64,000 bases of DNA from Chloroflexota bacterium (GTDB lineage: Bacteria > Chloroflexota > UBA11872 > VXOZ01): positions 3,456,011-3,520,010 of the forward strand of contig OZ244922.1 of assembly GCA_965221905.1 (NCBI GenBank). Reading direction: 5' to 3'. The translations under genes and the position numbers were made by a program. The stretch's first letter is position 1, and every line of letters begins with the position of its first letter. The notes beneath the pieces were generated by a model, which made no database searches, was not told the DNA's origin, and saw only the letters and a list, made by a program, of their open reading frames with translations. Shown piece by piece: positions 39,017-48,286 of the stretch.

Positions 39017-39605
39017 CGTAGGGGCACGGCATGCCGTGCCCCTAGGTTTGGTTCGGCGGTGTGGTTTAGTGTCTGACCGTGTACAGAAGATGGATTCCCG
39101 CTTGCGCGTGAATGACGGAACAGAGTGGCACTCGTCTCGTCTTGATAGACGCCCGGTACGCTGAATTGGCCGTAGCGCGGGGGCTTGTCCCCCGCTGGCT
39201 GAACGCTTAGGAAAACAGTAGGGTGTCCGCCTATCCGTCACTCCGGCGAACGCCGGAGTCCAGGAATCAGGCGAAGATGGATTCCTCGCCCCCGCGCGGG
39301 GGCGAGCTTTCGCCGGAATGACGGGCCGGGTGCGTTCTGTTCCTTACCAACGTGACCGGAAAGCAAATGCGGTCAATAAATCCAGCAACGCCTACGATGC
39401 GCACTCACCGAGGAATTCAATCAGATCAGCGGCGAGCCGTAGCGCGGGGGCTTTTCCCCCGCTGGCTGAATGCCAAGGAATACGGGAGGGACCGCCTTAT
39501 CCGTCACTCCGGCGAACGCCGGAGTCCAGGGGTCAAACGAAGATGAATTCCTCGCCCCCGCGCGGGGGCGAGCTTTCGCCGGAATGACGGGCCGGGCGCG
39601 CTTCA
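39017..39605. repeat. REP mosaic with a ~267-bp tandem duplication
   Basis: GTAGGGGCACGGCATGCCGTGCCCCTA at 39017; GTAGCGCGGGGGCTT at 39172 and 39439, each followed by a CCGTCACTCCGGCGAACGCCGGAGTCC doublet. Confidence 0.88.
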
Positions 39606-39691
39606 TTCACCAACAAGGCTACTGAAAAGCAATCTCAGTCAAGGATTTGCCCAACACTTTCGATTCGGCACACGGCAAGGATTCTAACGGT

Positions 39692-40510
39692 ATGAAAGTC
39701 TACGTGATGACGGACATGGAGGGCGTGGCGGGCGTGATAGACTCGCCGAATTACTGTTTTCCTGAATCCCGCTATTACGAACGCGGCTGCGAACTCACCA
39801 CGCTGGAAGTCAACGCTGCCATCGAGGGCGCGCTGGCAGCCGGCGCCACGGATATTCTCGTGACGGACGGCCACGGCCATGGAGCCATCACGCCTATGCT
39901 GCTACATCCTGAAGCGCGGCTCCTGAAAGGACGCCCCCGACCCTATGGGGCCGTCCTCGACGCATCGTTCGACGTCGCCATCAGCATCGGCCAGCACGCC
40001 AAGTCCAATGCCATCGGCGGCCATCTGGCCCATTCCGGCTCGTTTGCAGTAGAAGACCTGACCATCAACGGCGTCTCCGTAGGCGAGACCGGCAGCAGTT
40101 TTATCAGGGCGACGTATTATGGCGTGCCCTACGTCTTTCTAAGCGGCGATCTGGCGGCGACGGCAGAGGCCGAAGCGTTGGCGCCGGGCATCGAAACGGC
40201 AGTGGTGAAAGAAGGCATTGACCGGGGCTCGGCGACGGGTCTCGGCATGGATGAGAACCGTGGGTTCAACGCCGCCGCCATTCACCTGCATCCCACCAAG
40301 GCGCGTCAACTCATCCGGGAGGGCGTGCAGCGCGGCATCGAGCGCCGCGACGAAATCAAGCGTTTCTGGCTGGAGCCGCCGTACACGCTCGTTGCGACCA
40401 GCCGTCCCGAGAACGGCGTACCGAGCAGACAGGCCCGCGTAACCGGCAACGACATCGCGCAAGTGCTCAGCGCGCCGCGCGAAATGGGCAAGCACATTGA
40501 AGCACAGTAA
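39692..40510 (+). CDS. M55 family D-aminopeptidase (DppA-like)
   Basis: MKVYVMTDMEG, EVNAAIEG, DGHG, IGQHA, LAHS, SGD. Confidence 0.9.
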   Translation: MKVYVMTDMEGVAGVIDSPNYCFPESRYYERGCELTTLEVNAAIEGALAAGATDILVTDGHGHGAITPMLLHPEARLLKGRPRPYGAVLDASFDVAISIGQHAKSNAIGGHLAHSGSFAVEDLTINGVSVGETGSSFIRATYYGVPYVFLSGDLAATAEAEALAPGIETAVVKEGIDRGSATGLGMDENRGFNAAAIHLHPTKARQLIREGVQRGIERRDEIKRFWLEPPYTLVATSRPENGVPSRQARVTGNDIAQVLSAPREMGKHIEAQ

Positions 40511-40802
40511 GGACAGTGGGATCGATTAGGCTATGCGCAGTGCGGGCAGAACGGGCCGGTCCTGCCACATGGAGCACAATGTGGATAGCGCAGGGCAGGT
40601 TGCGTGCTACGCTCCGCCGGTAGCACAGCGTAGGTTGTGGGCCACGCTCCGTCGGTAGCGCAGGTTACAAACCTGCGACCATCCGGTATCGGGGTGACTT
40701 TGTGCTTACGCTATGTCTAAATTAGTGGAGCGTTAGCACCCGCGAATGAGCCAAGCCAGGCAACCGAGGATCGGCTTGTGTTCAAGAAAGCCCTCTCCTG
40801 GG

Positions 40803-41016
40803 GAGGCTGTCTCATAATTGCCCTTACCGAGGTATACTGCCGTGCAGAGAAGCTAAGTGAGGTCTTGAGATAGACTTGTGTTGCTTTCTGGGCATCGCAT
40901 CAAGCCTTCAAAATACCGTTTCCATCACTTTTACTACTCTGTCAATACAATCCGCCACTTGGCTGCGTTCCTCATTTGACCTATCGTGCTCTGTAGCGGA
41001 ATTATGAGACACCCTC
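40803..41016. mobile_element. 214-bp MITE with 17-bp TIR and TGGG target duplication, inserted in a hairpin repeat
   Basis: GAGGCTGTCTCATAATT ... AATTATGAGACACCCTC; TGGG at 40799-40802 and 41017-41020. Confidence 0.85.
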
Positions 41017-41241
41017 TGGGGGAGAGGGTTAGGGCGACTCCCCGTTGGCCAAAACGACAACTCACCCGCAAGGGAAGACAGCCCAAGAACTTACCGAAAC
41101 TGACTGAAACTGACCCCGAGGACTACAAATCGGGAATTGATTGTTAGATAAAGCGCTGACGGGGCTGGTACTCTAGGGCGAACGCAATAAACGCAAGCCT
41201 GGGGTCAGGGCAGTTCAATAGTGCACATGGAAAGGAATGGC

Positions 41242-42447
41242 ATGACGTACACCTTGCTCTGGGGAGATACCCACGTCCACGCCGAATACTCGCCGTGCTT
41301 CAAACCGGAGGCAATACCGGACGGATTCGACGGTTCACCGGCGGACTGCTACCGCTACGCGCGCGACGTGGCGGCGATTGATTTCGCCGCCGTCACCGAT
41401 CACACCTGGTCGGGCATGGGGGGAAAAACGCCCATCATGCTTACCGACGACCAGTATGGGGTGATTTTGGAGGCGAACCGCGCCTATCAGGACCCCGGTC
41501 GGTTCGTGACCTTCCCGGCGTACGAATGGAATTCACCCAAGGACCGCACCTGGGGTCACCACAACGCGCTCTTTTGTGACGACGAACCGCCGTTGCTGCC
41601 GAGTGGCAGCGCCGTTAGCTCGCTTGACGAAGTGTGGGCGGCGTTCGATCAACTGCCGTATGAAGCGATGTTGATTCCGCACCATCTGGCGCGGGACCGC
41701 ACGCCTTACGACTGGTCTACGCTCAATCCTCGCTATGAACCGATAGTAGAGATTACGTCTATGTGGGGGAATTACGAATTCAAGGGGAATCCGCATGAGT
41801 GCGATCCCAACTGGTCGCCCAGCGTGCCCGGTTCGTTCCTGCAGGACGGCCTGGCGCGCGGCTATCGCGTGGGCGTCATCGGCAGCAGCGACAATCACAC
41901 CGGCCACTCCGGGGGACACCACTTCCCGTTCGACCCAGAGATTCCAGGCCGCCCTTTGAATGAAATCCTGGCGCAGCGCGGCCCCTATCGCCGCAATATC
42001 CTTGGCGCCGGCCTGGCTGGCGTGTACGCGGAAGAGTTCACGCGCGAAGGCATCTTTGCCGCCCTGCACGCCCGCCGCTGCTTTGCGGCCACCGGTCACA
42101 AGATCCGTCTTTGGACCGAGACCAACGGCCTGCCCATGGGCGCGGACGGCGGCGCGCTGCCGGACGACCCGCGTACGATACATGTCGCTGTGAACGGCAC
42201 GGCTCCCATTGCCCACGTCACGCTGGTACGCAATAACGTGGACGTGCGCCGATTCCGTCCGCAGGAATCGTCAGCAGATGTGACCGTGGACCTCGTGGAC
42301 GACGATCCGATTGAGAAGATCGTGAAAGTCTCACCGCCCGTGGCTGACGGTGGAAACGGCGCGCTGGTCTACTACTACGTGCGCGTGGTGCAAGCCGACG
42401 AACGCACCGCGTGGTCGAGCCCGGTGTGGTTCACCGTGCCGGCATAG
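41242..42447 (+). CDS. DUF3604 / PHP-like metallohydrolase
   Basis: WGDTHVHAEYS, VTDH, YEW, GHHN, GSSDNH, YYYVRV.Q...AWSSPVW. Confidence 0.82.
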   Translation: MTYTLLWGDTHVHAEYSPCFKPEAIPDGFDGSPADCYRYARDVAAIDFAAVTDHTWSGMGGKTPIMLTDDQYGVILEANRAYQDPGRFVTFPAYEWNSPKDRTWGHHNALFCDDEPPLLPSGSAVSSLDEVWAAFDQLPYEAMLIPHHLARDRTPYDWSTLNPRYEPIVEITSMWGNYEFKGNPHECDPNWSPSVPGSFLQDGLARGYRVGVIGSSDNHTGHSGGHHFPFDPEIPGRPLNEILAQRGPYRRNILGAGLAGVYAEEFTREGIFAALHARRCFAATGHKIRLWTETNGLPMGADGGALPDDPRTIHVAVNGTAPIAHVTLVRNNVDVRRFRPQESSADVTVDLVDDDPIEKIVKVSPPVADGGNGALVYYYVRVVQADERTAWSSPVWFTVPA

Positions 42448-42749
42448 ACCGCTTGACGCGGCTGCCCACAGCAATGAGTGGAATGCTTTCAAGGTTTGTA
42501 TCCTCTCTCGTTGCCTCTCAGTCATAGACGGGCGCAAACTGCGCAGGTATCATGGCCACTAAATGCAAAGGCGGAGTCTCGCGAAATGACTGCTGTGTGT
42601 AACATTTCTCGAAACCTACCTTTGCATGAAACAAGACTCTAAGCGCGAGCAAGATTTCCTCCTCACTACTTTGAGGGTCGAACCCTAGTGGGGAGGTAGT
42701 ATTCCCCATCCCTAAAGAGAGGGTCGAACCTTAGCGGGGAGCTAGTATT

Positions 42750-42781
42750 CCCTCTCCCGGGGGAGAGGGTTAGGGTGAGGG
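42750..42781. repeat. Left inverted hairpin repeat flanking the DUF559 gene
   Basis: CCCTCTCCCGGGGGAGAGGGTTAGGGTGAGGG. Confidence 0.85.
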
Positions 42782-42787
42782 CGAACC

Positions 42788-43144
42788 ATGGCTTTGCAAG
42801 CAACTGCCCGGGCTCGACGGCTGAGAAGACAATCTACCGATGCCGAAAAAGCCTTGTGGCGTCTTTTGCGCAACCGTCAATTGGCCGGTTGCAAGTTTCG
42901 CCGACAAACTCCTGTTGGCAAGTACATTGTGGATTACATGTGCATTGAAAAGAAGCTGGTGATCGAAATCGATGGCGGGCAACATCAACTGCGCGTGGAT
43001 GCGGATAGTAAGCGCACGAAGTGGCTGGCATCCCAGGGATTTCGCGTTATTAGATTCTGGAACAATGAGGTGCTGACGGAACCTGAGACGATTCAGGAGG
43101 CGATCCTGAACGAGTTGAAGCGGGAGGAATCACCCTCACCCTAG
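42788..43144 (+). CDS. DUF559 (Vsr-like) endonuclease domain protein
   Basis: RARRLRR..TDAE..LW..LR.RQL.G.KFRRQ.P.G.YIVD, IEIDGGQH, GFRVIRFWNNEV. Confidence 0.92.
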   Translation: MALQATARARRLRRQSTDAEKALWRLLRNRQLAGCKFRRQTPVGKYIVDYMCIEKKLVIEIDGGQHQLRVDADSKRTKWLASQGFRVIRFWNNEVLTEPETIQEAILNELKREESPSP

Positions 43145-43166
43145 CCCTCTCCCACGAGGAGAGGGG
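43133..43166. repeat. Right inverted hairpin repeat; supplies the DUF559 stop codon
   Basis: CCCTCACCCTAGCCCTCTCCCACGAGGAGAGGGG. Confidence 0.85.
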
Positions 43167-43290
43167 ACAATCTGCCGAAGTATTCGCATCAAAGTCGGGG
43201 CTGTGCCGGAGACTACATCCAAAGACTTAGGGTTAATTCTATAACAGGCAAGCAGCAGACTGAGCAACTATTAACAAGAAAGAGGCAACC

Positions 43291-44424
43291 ATGTCCCAAT
43301 TTCATGAGCGTTACGGGTTGACGCCCATTATCAATGCTTGCGGCAAGATGACGCATCTCGGCGCGGCGGCAGTGCCGCCGGAGGTGACGAGCCGCGTGAT
43401 GGAGGTGATGTCGGAGTTCGTGGATATGCCGGCGTTGCTAAGAGTGGCGGATGAAGCCATCGCGGACGCCACCGGGGCCGAGGGCGGCACGGTGACCCAC
43501 TGCGCGGCGGCGGGCATTGCCGTAACCTGCGCGGGCGCCATGACCGGCGACGATCTTGGCAAGGTGCTCTCGCTGCCGGACACGACCGGCATGAAGAACG
43601 AGGTGATAATCCAGAAGGGCCATGCCGTCAACTTCGGCGCGCCGATTACGCAGATGATCCGCATGACCGGCGCGACCGTGGTGGAGTTTGGCGAAGTGAA
43701 CCGGGCGCTGCCCGACCACATGACGCGCGCCATCACCGCCAACACGGCAGCAGCCGTTTTCGTGTTGTCGCACCATACCGTGCAGCACAACCAGCTCTCG
43801 TTCGCGGAGTTCGTGGAAGTTGCCGCCAGTCGCGGCGTACCGGTGATCGTGGACGGCGCGGCGGAGGCCTTTCTGGCGCGCGAGTTGCTGGAGCAGGGGG
43901 CCGACGCGGTGGTCTTCAGCGACCAGAAGCACCTCAACGGCTTTACCGCCGGCGTGGTTGCGGGCAGCCGCGCGCTCATCGACGCGACCGCACGCCAAGG
44001 CATGGGCCTGGGACGCGCCATGAAGCCGACCAAAGAAGGCATCGTGAGTGTCATCGCCACCATGGAATGGCTGCGCACGTTCGACCGCGACGCCTACGCC
44101 GCCGACATGGACGCCAAGACCGATCCCGTGGTGGCGGCAATGGCCGAAATTCCAGGCGTTACGGCCATTGCGGAACCGGATATCACCGGAAACCCGCAGG
44201 CCCGCGCCAAGATTATCATTGATCCCGCCGTCGCCGGCACGACCGCGGAAGCAGTGTGTGAAGCACTGAAGGCAGGCACGCCGTCGATCCACCCGCGCGC
44301 GCACCACGTTGACGAGGGTTTCTTCTACATCGATCCCGTCGAACTGCGCATGAGCGAGGTGCCGACCGTGATTGCGCGCTTGGAGGAGATCTTCCAAAAC
44401 GCCAGGATTCCGGTCGAGGTGTAA
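43291..44424 (+). CDS. SelA-like PLP-dependent enzyme (DgaE / D-glucosaminate-6-phosphate ammonia-lyase-like)
   Basis: IINACGKMT.LG, QKGHAVNFGAP, VDGAAE, FSDQK (PLP Lys), GRAMK..KE. Confidence 0.85.
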   Translation: MSQFHERYGLTPIINACGKMTHLGAAAVPPEVTSRVMEVMSEFVDMPALLRVADEAIADATGAEGGTVTHCAAAGIAVTCAGAMTGDDLGKVLSLPDTTGMKNEVIIQKGHAVNFGAPITQMIRMTGATVVEFGEVNRALPDHMTRAITANTAAAVFVLSHHTVQHNQLSFAEFVEVAASRGVPVIVDGAAEAFLARELLEQGADAVVFSDQKHLNGFTAGVVAGSRALIDATARQGMGLGRAMKPTKEGIVSVIATMEWLRTFDRDAYAADMDAKTDPVVAAMAEIPGVTAIAEPDITGNPQARAKIIIDPAVAGTTAEAVCEALKAGTPSIHPRAHHVDEGFFYIDPVELRMSEVPTVIARLEEIFQNARIPVEV

Positions 44425-44505
44425 ACCCGGTACGGCATGGAGCGCAATGACTGATTGCGGTGATCAGTGCGCAGCGCCATACCTTGTTCCCCAGAGTGGT
44501 TTCCA

Positions 44506-44877
44506 ATGTCTCTCAGCAAAGCAGACGTGATACAGACCATCAACTTTCACCGTGACGATATTGCTGCGCTTGGTGTCGTAGCCATAGGACTGATTGGCTC
44601 AGTCGCACGCAATGAAGCCCACGACGCTAGCGACCTTGATGTCGTCATTGACCTGCCGCCGGAGCACCAAACTTTGCAGGAGTACTTTGCCGTCATTGAT
44701 TATCTAGAAGCGCAATTTGGCCGCCGGGTAGACGTTTTGATGCTTGACACCTTGCGGCCAAGATTCCGCCGCGCCGTCGAGCGCGACATCATCTGGGTAG
44801 ACCTCAGTGGAGCAGGAACGCAGAGTCAGAACGACAGGTGTTTTGAAACCGGCCTAGTCCCAAAGAGCGGCGACTGA
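44506..44877 (+). CDS. Minimal nucleotidyltransferase (MNT), with no HEPN partner
   Basis: GSVARNEA...SDLDVV, LE..FGRRVD. Confidence 0.85.
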   Translation: MSLSKADVIQTINFHRDDIAALGVVAIGLIGSVARNEAHDASDLDVVIDLPPEHQTLQEYFAVIDYLEAQFGRRVDVLMLDTLRPRFRRAVERDIIWVDLSGAGTQSQNDRCFETGLVPKSGD

Positions 44878-44894
44878 CTTCGTCAAAGACGCGG

Positions 44895-46229
44895 TTACGC
44901 CTCCCGATACTTGCGCACGAGAGCGCAGGCGCCGTTTACCGCTGCAGCTACATCCTCGCCGCGCCCAAGTCTCTCCGTAACTTCATACATGACGGGGAAT
45001 TCCAGGCCGGGCTCCGGCTCCGCGCGGCCGTGTTCTAGTGAGTGCTGTATCGCCGCCACCTCCTCCGGGTGGAGGTCAGTGCGGAATTCCGCCAGCCGCG
45101 TGACGGCCGCTCTACCGGCAGGTATCACCACCACCTCCTGCATGGCGAGGGTGAATCCCATCAACGCCGCGTACGCCGTCTCAGTGTGCTTTGTCCGCGC
45201 CGCAATTGCGAGCCCAATGTCGGCTCTCATTGGCACAGCGTGCACCTTACCCCGGGGCAGCGGCGCCATGCGAAACGATCCTCGGTCGAAATACGACGGA
45301 GAGTAATCAAATAGCATCGCGGGCAGTGAACGCCCAACAAACATCATCTCCCACAAGTCGAAGCCGGAAACCGGTGGGGAGACGCGGTGTTTGTGCATCA
45401 GGTCGTGCACGAACTGCAAGGCCTCAGTTGCCGCAGGCACTTTCAGCCGGCATTGCAAGCTAGCCCGGTCAACCGCCGCCGCTTCATTCTGCCACAGTGC
45501 CCACCAGATCAACTCCAAGTGAGCAACCAACCCCCAGCGCGCCACCGTGCCGTCTTCCTTGTACGTGGTCAGCTTGACCGCGTGCTCCAAGAGTTCATCC
45601 CAATCCCAGCTTGCGTCCACCGGCGGCACGCCTTGCGCAGCGAAGAAGTACTCGTCATAGTGGAGCATGAGCGGACGCGCGGCGATAGGCAGCGCGTAGA
45701 GCGCGCCGCCTCTGCGGAACGCACTCACTACACTCGGGAAGAACTCCCGGTTGAGTGCAGCCTCGCCCGGGCCGCTGAAGCGGTCCAACGGCAGCAAGAG
45801 CCCCTCCCGCCCCAGCCAGTGCGCCTCGTGCGGCAATACGGTCACGAGGTCCGCCTCAAGGTCATCCAGCAACCCCGCTGCCGCCTTAAGCGCCTCCTCT
45901 TGAGCCTTTTCGGCCTCTTCCGGGGACTGCGGCGGCGTTTCAGACAGTGGATGTAACTCGTCAAAGAAACGCAGCGCGAGAAGGTACTCGCCATGCGTTG
46001 GGCCGGACCGGTTCTCTCTTTCCGCCTCGTGGCTCCCCAGCGCTCGTAGGTACTTATCCTCCGGCCACTCAGAGGGTGGAAAGCCAAACGAAACGTGCCC
46101 TTTGGTGGACGCTGCCACTTTGACCTCGACCTTCTGTGGTGCGCCTGGCACAGAAGATGGAAGCCCTAGGTTGCTGCAGCCGGCAGCGAGCGCCGTGCTG
46201 GCGAGTAGCGACCGCCGTGAAAGCATCAC
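44895..46229 (-). CDS. ABC transporter solute-binding lipoprotein (Tat signal)
   Basis: SRRSLL..AAGC, GALYALP, WDWDELL. Confidence 0.8.
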   Translation of the reverse strand: MMLSRRSLLASTALAAGCSNLGLPSSVPGAPQKVEVKVAASTKGHVSFGFPPSEWPEDKYLRALGSHEAERENRSGPTHGEYLLALRFFDELHPLSETPPQSPEEAEKAQEEALKAAAGLLDDLEADLVTVLPHEAHWLGREGLLLPLDRFSGPGEAALNREFFPSVVSAFRRGGALYALPIAARPLMLHYDEYFFAAQGVPPVDASWDWDELLEHAVKLTTYKEDGTVARWGLVAHLELIWWALWQNEAAAVDRASLQCRLKVPAATEALQFVHDLMHKHRVSPPVSGFDLWEMMFVGRSLPAMLFDYSPSYFDRGSFRMAPLPRGKVHAVPMRADIGLAIAARTKHTETAYAALMGFTLAMQEVVVIPAGRAAVTRLAEFRTDLHPEEVAAIQHSLEHGRAEPEPGLEFPVMYEVTERLGRGEDVAAAVNGACALVRKYREA

Positions 46230-46455
46230 CCTGCTCCTTTCGGCCCCTCTAGTGGCACACCCTTACTTACAGTCTACTGCAGGGAACGACAATTTCAACC
46301 AATCTGCCGGTTTCTCTTTCCACCAATCCTGTGGTTACATACTATGCAACGAGTAGCAGGGCTTCGTTTCGGACACCATGACAATTGCAGCGCCAAGGCA
46401 CCGACTGCTCTGGTGAGATTGGGCGGAAGACCTTAGCCAGGATTAGGAGACTTAC

Positions 46456-47958
46456 ATGCAATTTCAACTCTATTGGGGAGACATCCACAACCACTGTGGG
46501 ATCAGCTATGGGCACGGCAGCCTGGAGCGGGCGCTGACGCTCGCGCGGCAGCAGCTCGACTTCGCCTCCGTCACCGGTCACGCCTTCTGGCCGGACATCC
46601 CCACCGACCGCGAGACGTTCGGCGCGATCATCGACTACCACCAGGCCGGGTTCGCCAAGCTGCACGCGAACTGGGACACCGTCCAGGATACTTTCGAGTC
46701 CTTTCATGAGGAAAAGAAATTCATCCCATATCTCAGCTACGAGTGGCACTCGCGGGCTTACGGCGACCACCACGTACTATTTAAAGGCGTGCGCGGGCCG
46801 CTGCTAGGCGGTGAGACACTAGCGGACCTGCGGGAGAGTCTCATCCAAACCGGCCGGCCGTTCATTCTCGAGCCTCATCACATCGGGTATCCGTTGGGCG
46901 GGCGCGGCATCAACTGGGACGCCTACGACCCAACCCACTCGCCCCTGGTCGAAACCTACTCCATGCACGGCTGTTCCGAGAGCGACGAAGCGCCCTATCC
47001 CATGCTCAATACCATGGGTCCCCGCGACCACAACAGCACCATTCAGGCGGGGCTGGAGCGGGGACACCGCTTCGGCATCGTGGCCTCCACCGACCAGCAC
47101 TCCGGCTACCCGGGATCATACGGCGACGGCCGGCTGGCGGTCTATGCTACCGATCTTTCACGCGACGCCATCTGGGACGCCCTGCAGAACCGACGTACCT
47201 ATGCCGTCACCGGCGACAAGATGGCGATATCGTTCCACATTAATGAAGCAATGCTGGGCGGAGAGGCCCACGGTAGTCAGCGCCAGCTCAGTATCAGTGC
47301 GGAGGGCACCGACTTTTGGGACACGATCGAGGTAATTAAGAATAGTAAGGTCTGGCAGCGGTGGGCGCCGGTGCCAAGCTACAGCCTGCCGGATGAGAGC
47401 CGCCGTATCCGCGCGAAAGTGCATATCGAATGGGGCTGGTCGGCCGTGGACCAGGACGCAAACTGGGAGCTGGCGGTGCGCCTGCAGGACGGGGTAATCC
47501 TGGATTGCGAAACGTGCTTTCGCGGCGATCCGGTGTTGCGCCACGAGCAGGTCGAGGGCATAGCTGAAACGATACCCCACGAGGTCGTCGAGCAGACGGA
47601 GCAGCTAGTCGCTTGGCGTTCGGTAACGCGCGGTAACGTGACCACCCGCCACCCCACCACCCAGGGGCTTATCCTCCACCTGGAAATGCCGGTCGGAGCC
47701 ACGCTCACCCTGACGGCCAATGGCTACACGGCGGAACATACACTGCACGACCTGCTCACCGGCACCCGCGCCCACCATACCGATGGCTTTCGCAGTCCCG
47801 CCGTGCGCATCCACCGCGCTGTGCCCGCAGCGGACTACACCTTTGCCGCCACGGTCGTGGATACCGAACCGGAGAGGCCCACCGACTACTATTACGTACG
47901 CCTCGCCGCCCGCAACGGCCAATACGCCTGGACGACACCGATCTGGGTTACCAGCTAG
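46456..47958 (+). CDS. DUF3604 / PHP-like metallohydrolase
   Basis: WGDIHNHCG.SYG, YEW, GDHH, ASTDQH, DYYYVR...AWTTPIWV. Confidence 0.82.
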   Translation: MQFQLYWGDIHNHCGISYGHGSLERALTLARQQLDFASVTGHAFWPDIPTDRETFGAIIDYHQAGFAKLHANWDTVQDTFESFHEEKKFIPYLSYEWHSRAYGDHHVLFKGVRGPLLGGETLADLRESLIQTGRPFILEPHHIGYPLGGRGINWDAYDPTHSPLVETYSMHGCSESDEAPYPMLNTMGPRDHNSTIQAGLERGHRFGIVASTDQHSGYPGSYGDGRLAVYATDLSRDAIWDALQNRRTYAVTGDKMAISFHINEAMLGGEAHGSQRQLSISAEGTDFWDTIEVIKNSKVWQRWAPVPSYSLPDESRRIRAKVHIEWGWSAVDQDANWELAVRLQDGVILDCETCFRGDPVLRHEQVEGIAETIPHEVVEQTEQLVAWRSVTRGNVTTRHPTTQGLILHLEMPVGATLTLTANGYTAEHTLHDLLTGTRAHHTDGFRSPAVRIHRAVPAADYTFAATVVDTEPERPTDYYYVRLAARNGQYAWTTPIWVTS

Positions 47959-48286
47959 GCCGACAATTGCAGTGCAAAACGCCTAGCGACGGATTGTCTC
48001 ATTCAAACGCTCGCCGTAGCGCTGAATGTGGCAGAAACACTGGCGCGCAGCTATTTACTTATGGGCTGTTGCAGTTGACAAAGCTAGCGTAGTGGTCTAA
48101 GAATAGTGTTAGCGTGGAAGCCTGTCCGTGTAGCGGCGACAGCATTCCGATTCGAACTGTATTTTTGCCGCTATTAGAGGAGGTGCAGAACACGGGGGTT
48201 TCGGGCCTACCCAAGCCACGTCGCGCTAAGTGCGCACTTGTGTACGTTGTACGAAGCGTATAGGTATTGGTAAGGAGACAGACAGA

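Noticed and set aside
39318-39606. Several short ORFs in the repeat cluster
   Set aside because: They are repeat translations (SLRRTPES, VIPAKA) with no coding evidence.
43291-44424. Selenocysteine synthase (selA)
   Set aside because: Shorter than SelA, carries the DgaE-type QKGH..NFGAP motif, and no selB or selC is nearby.
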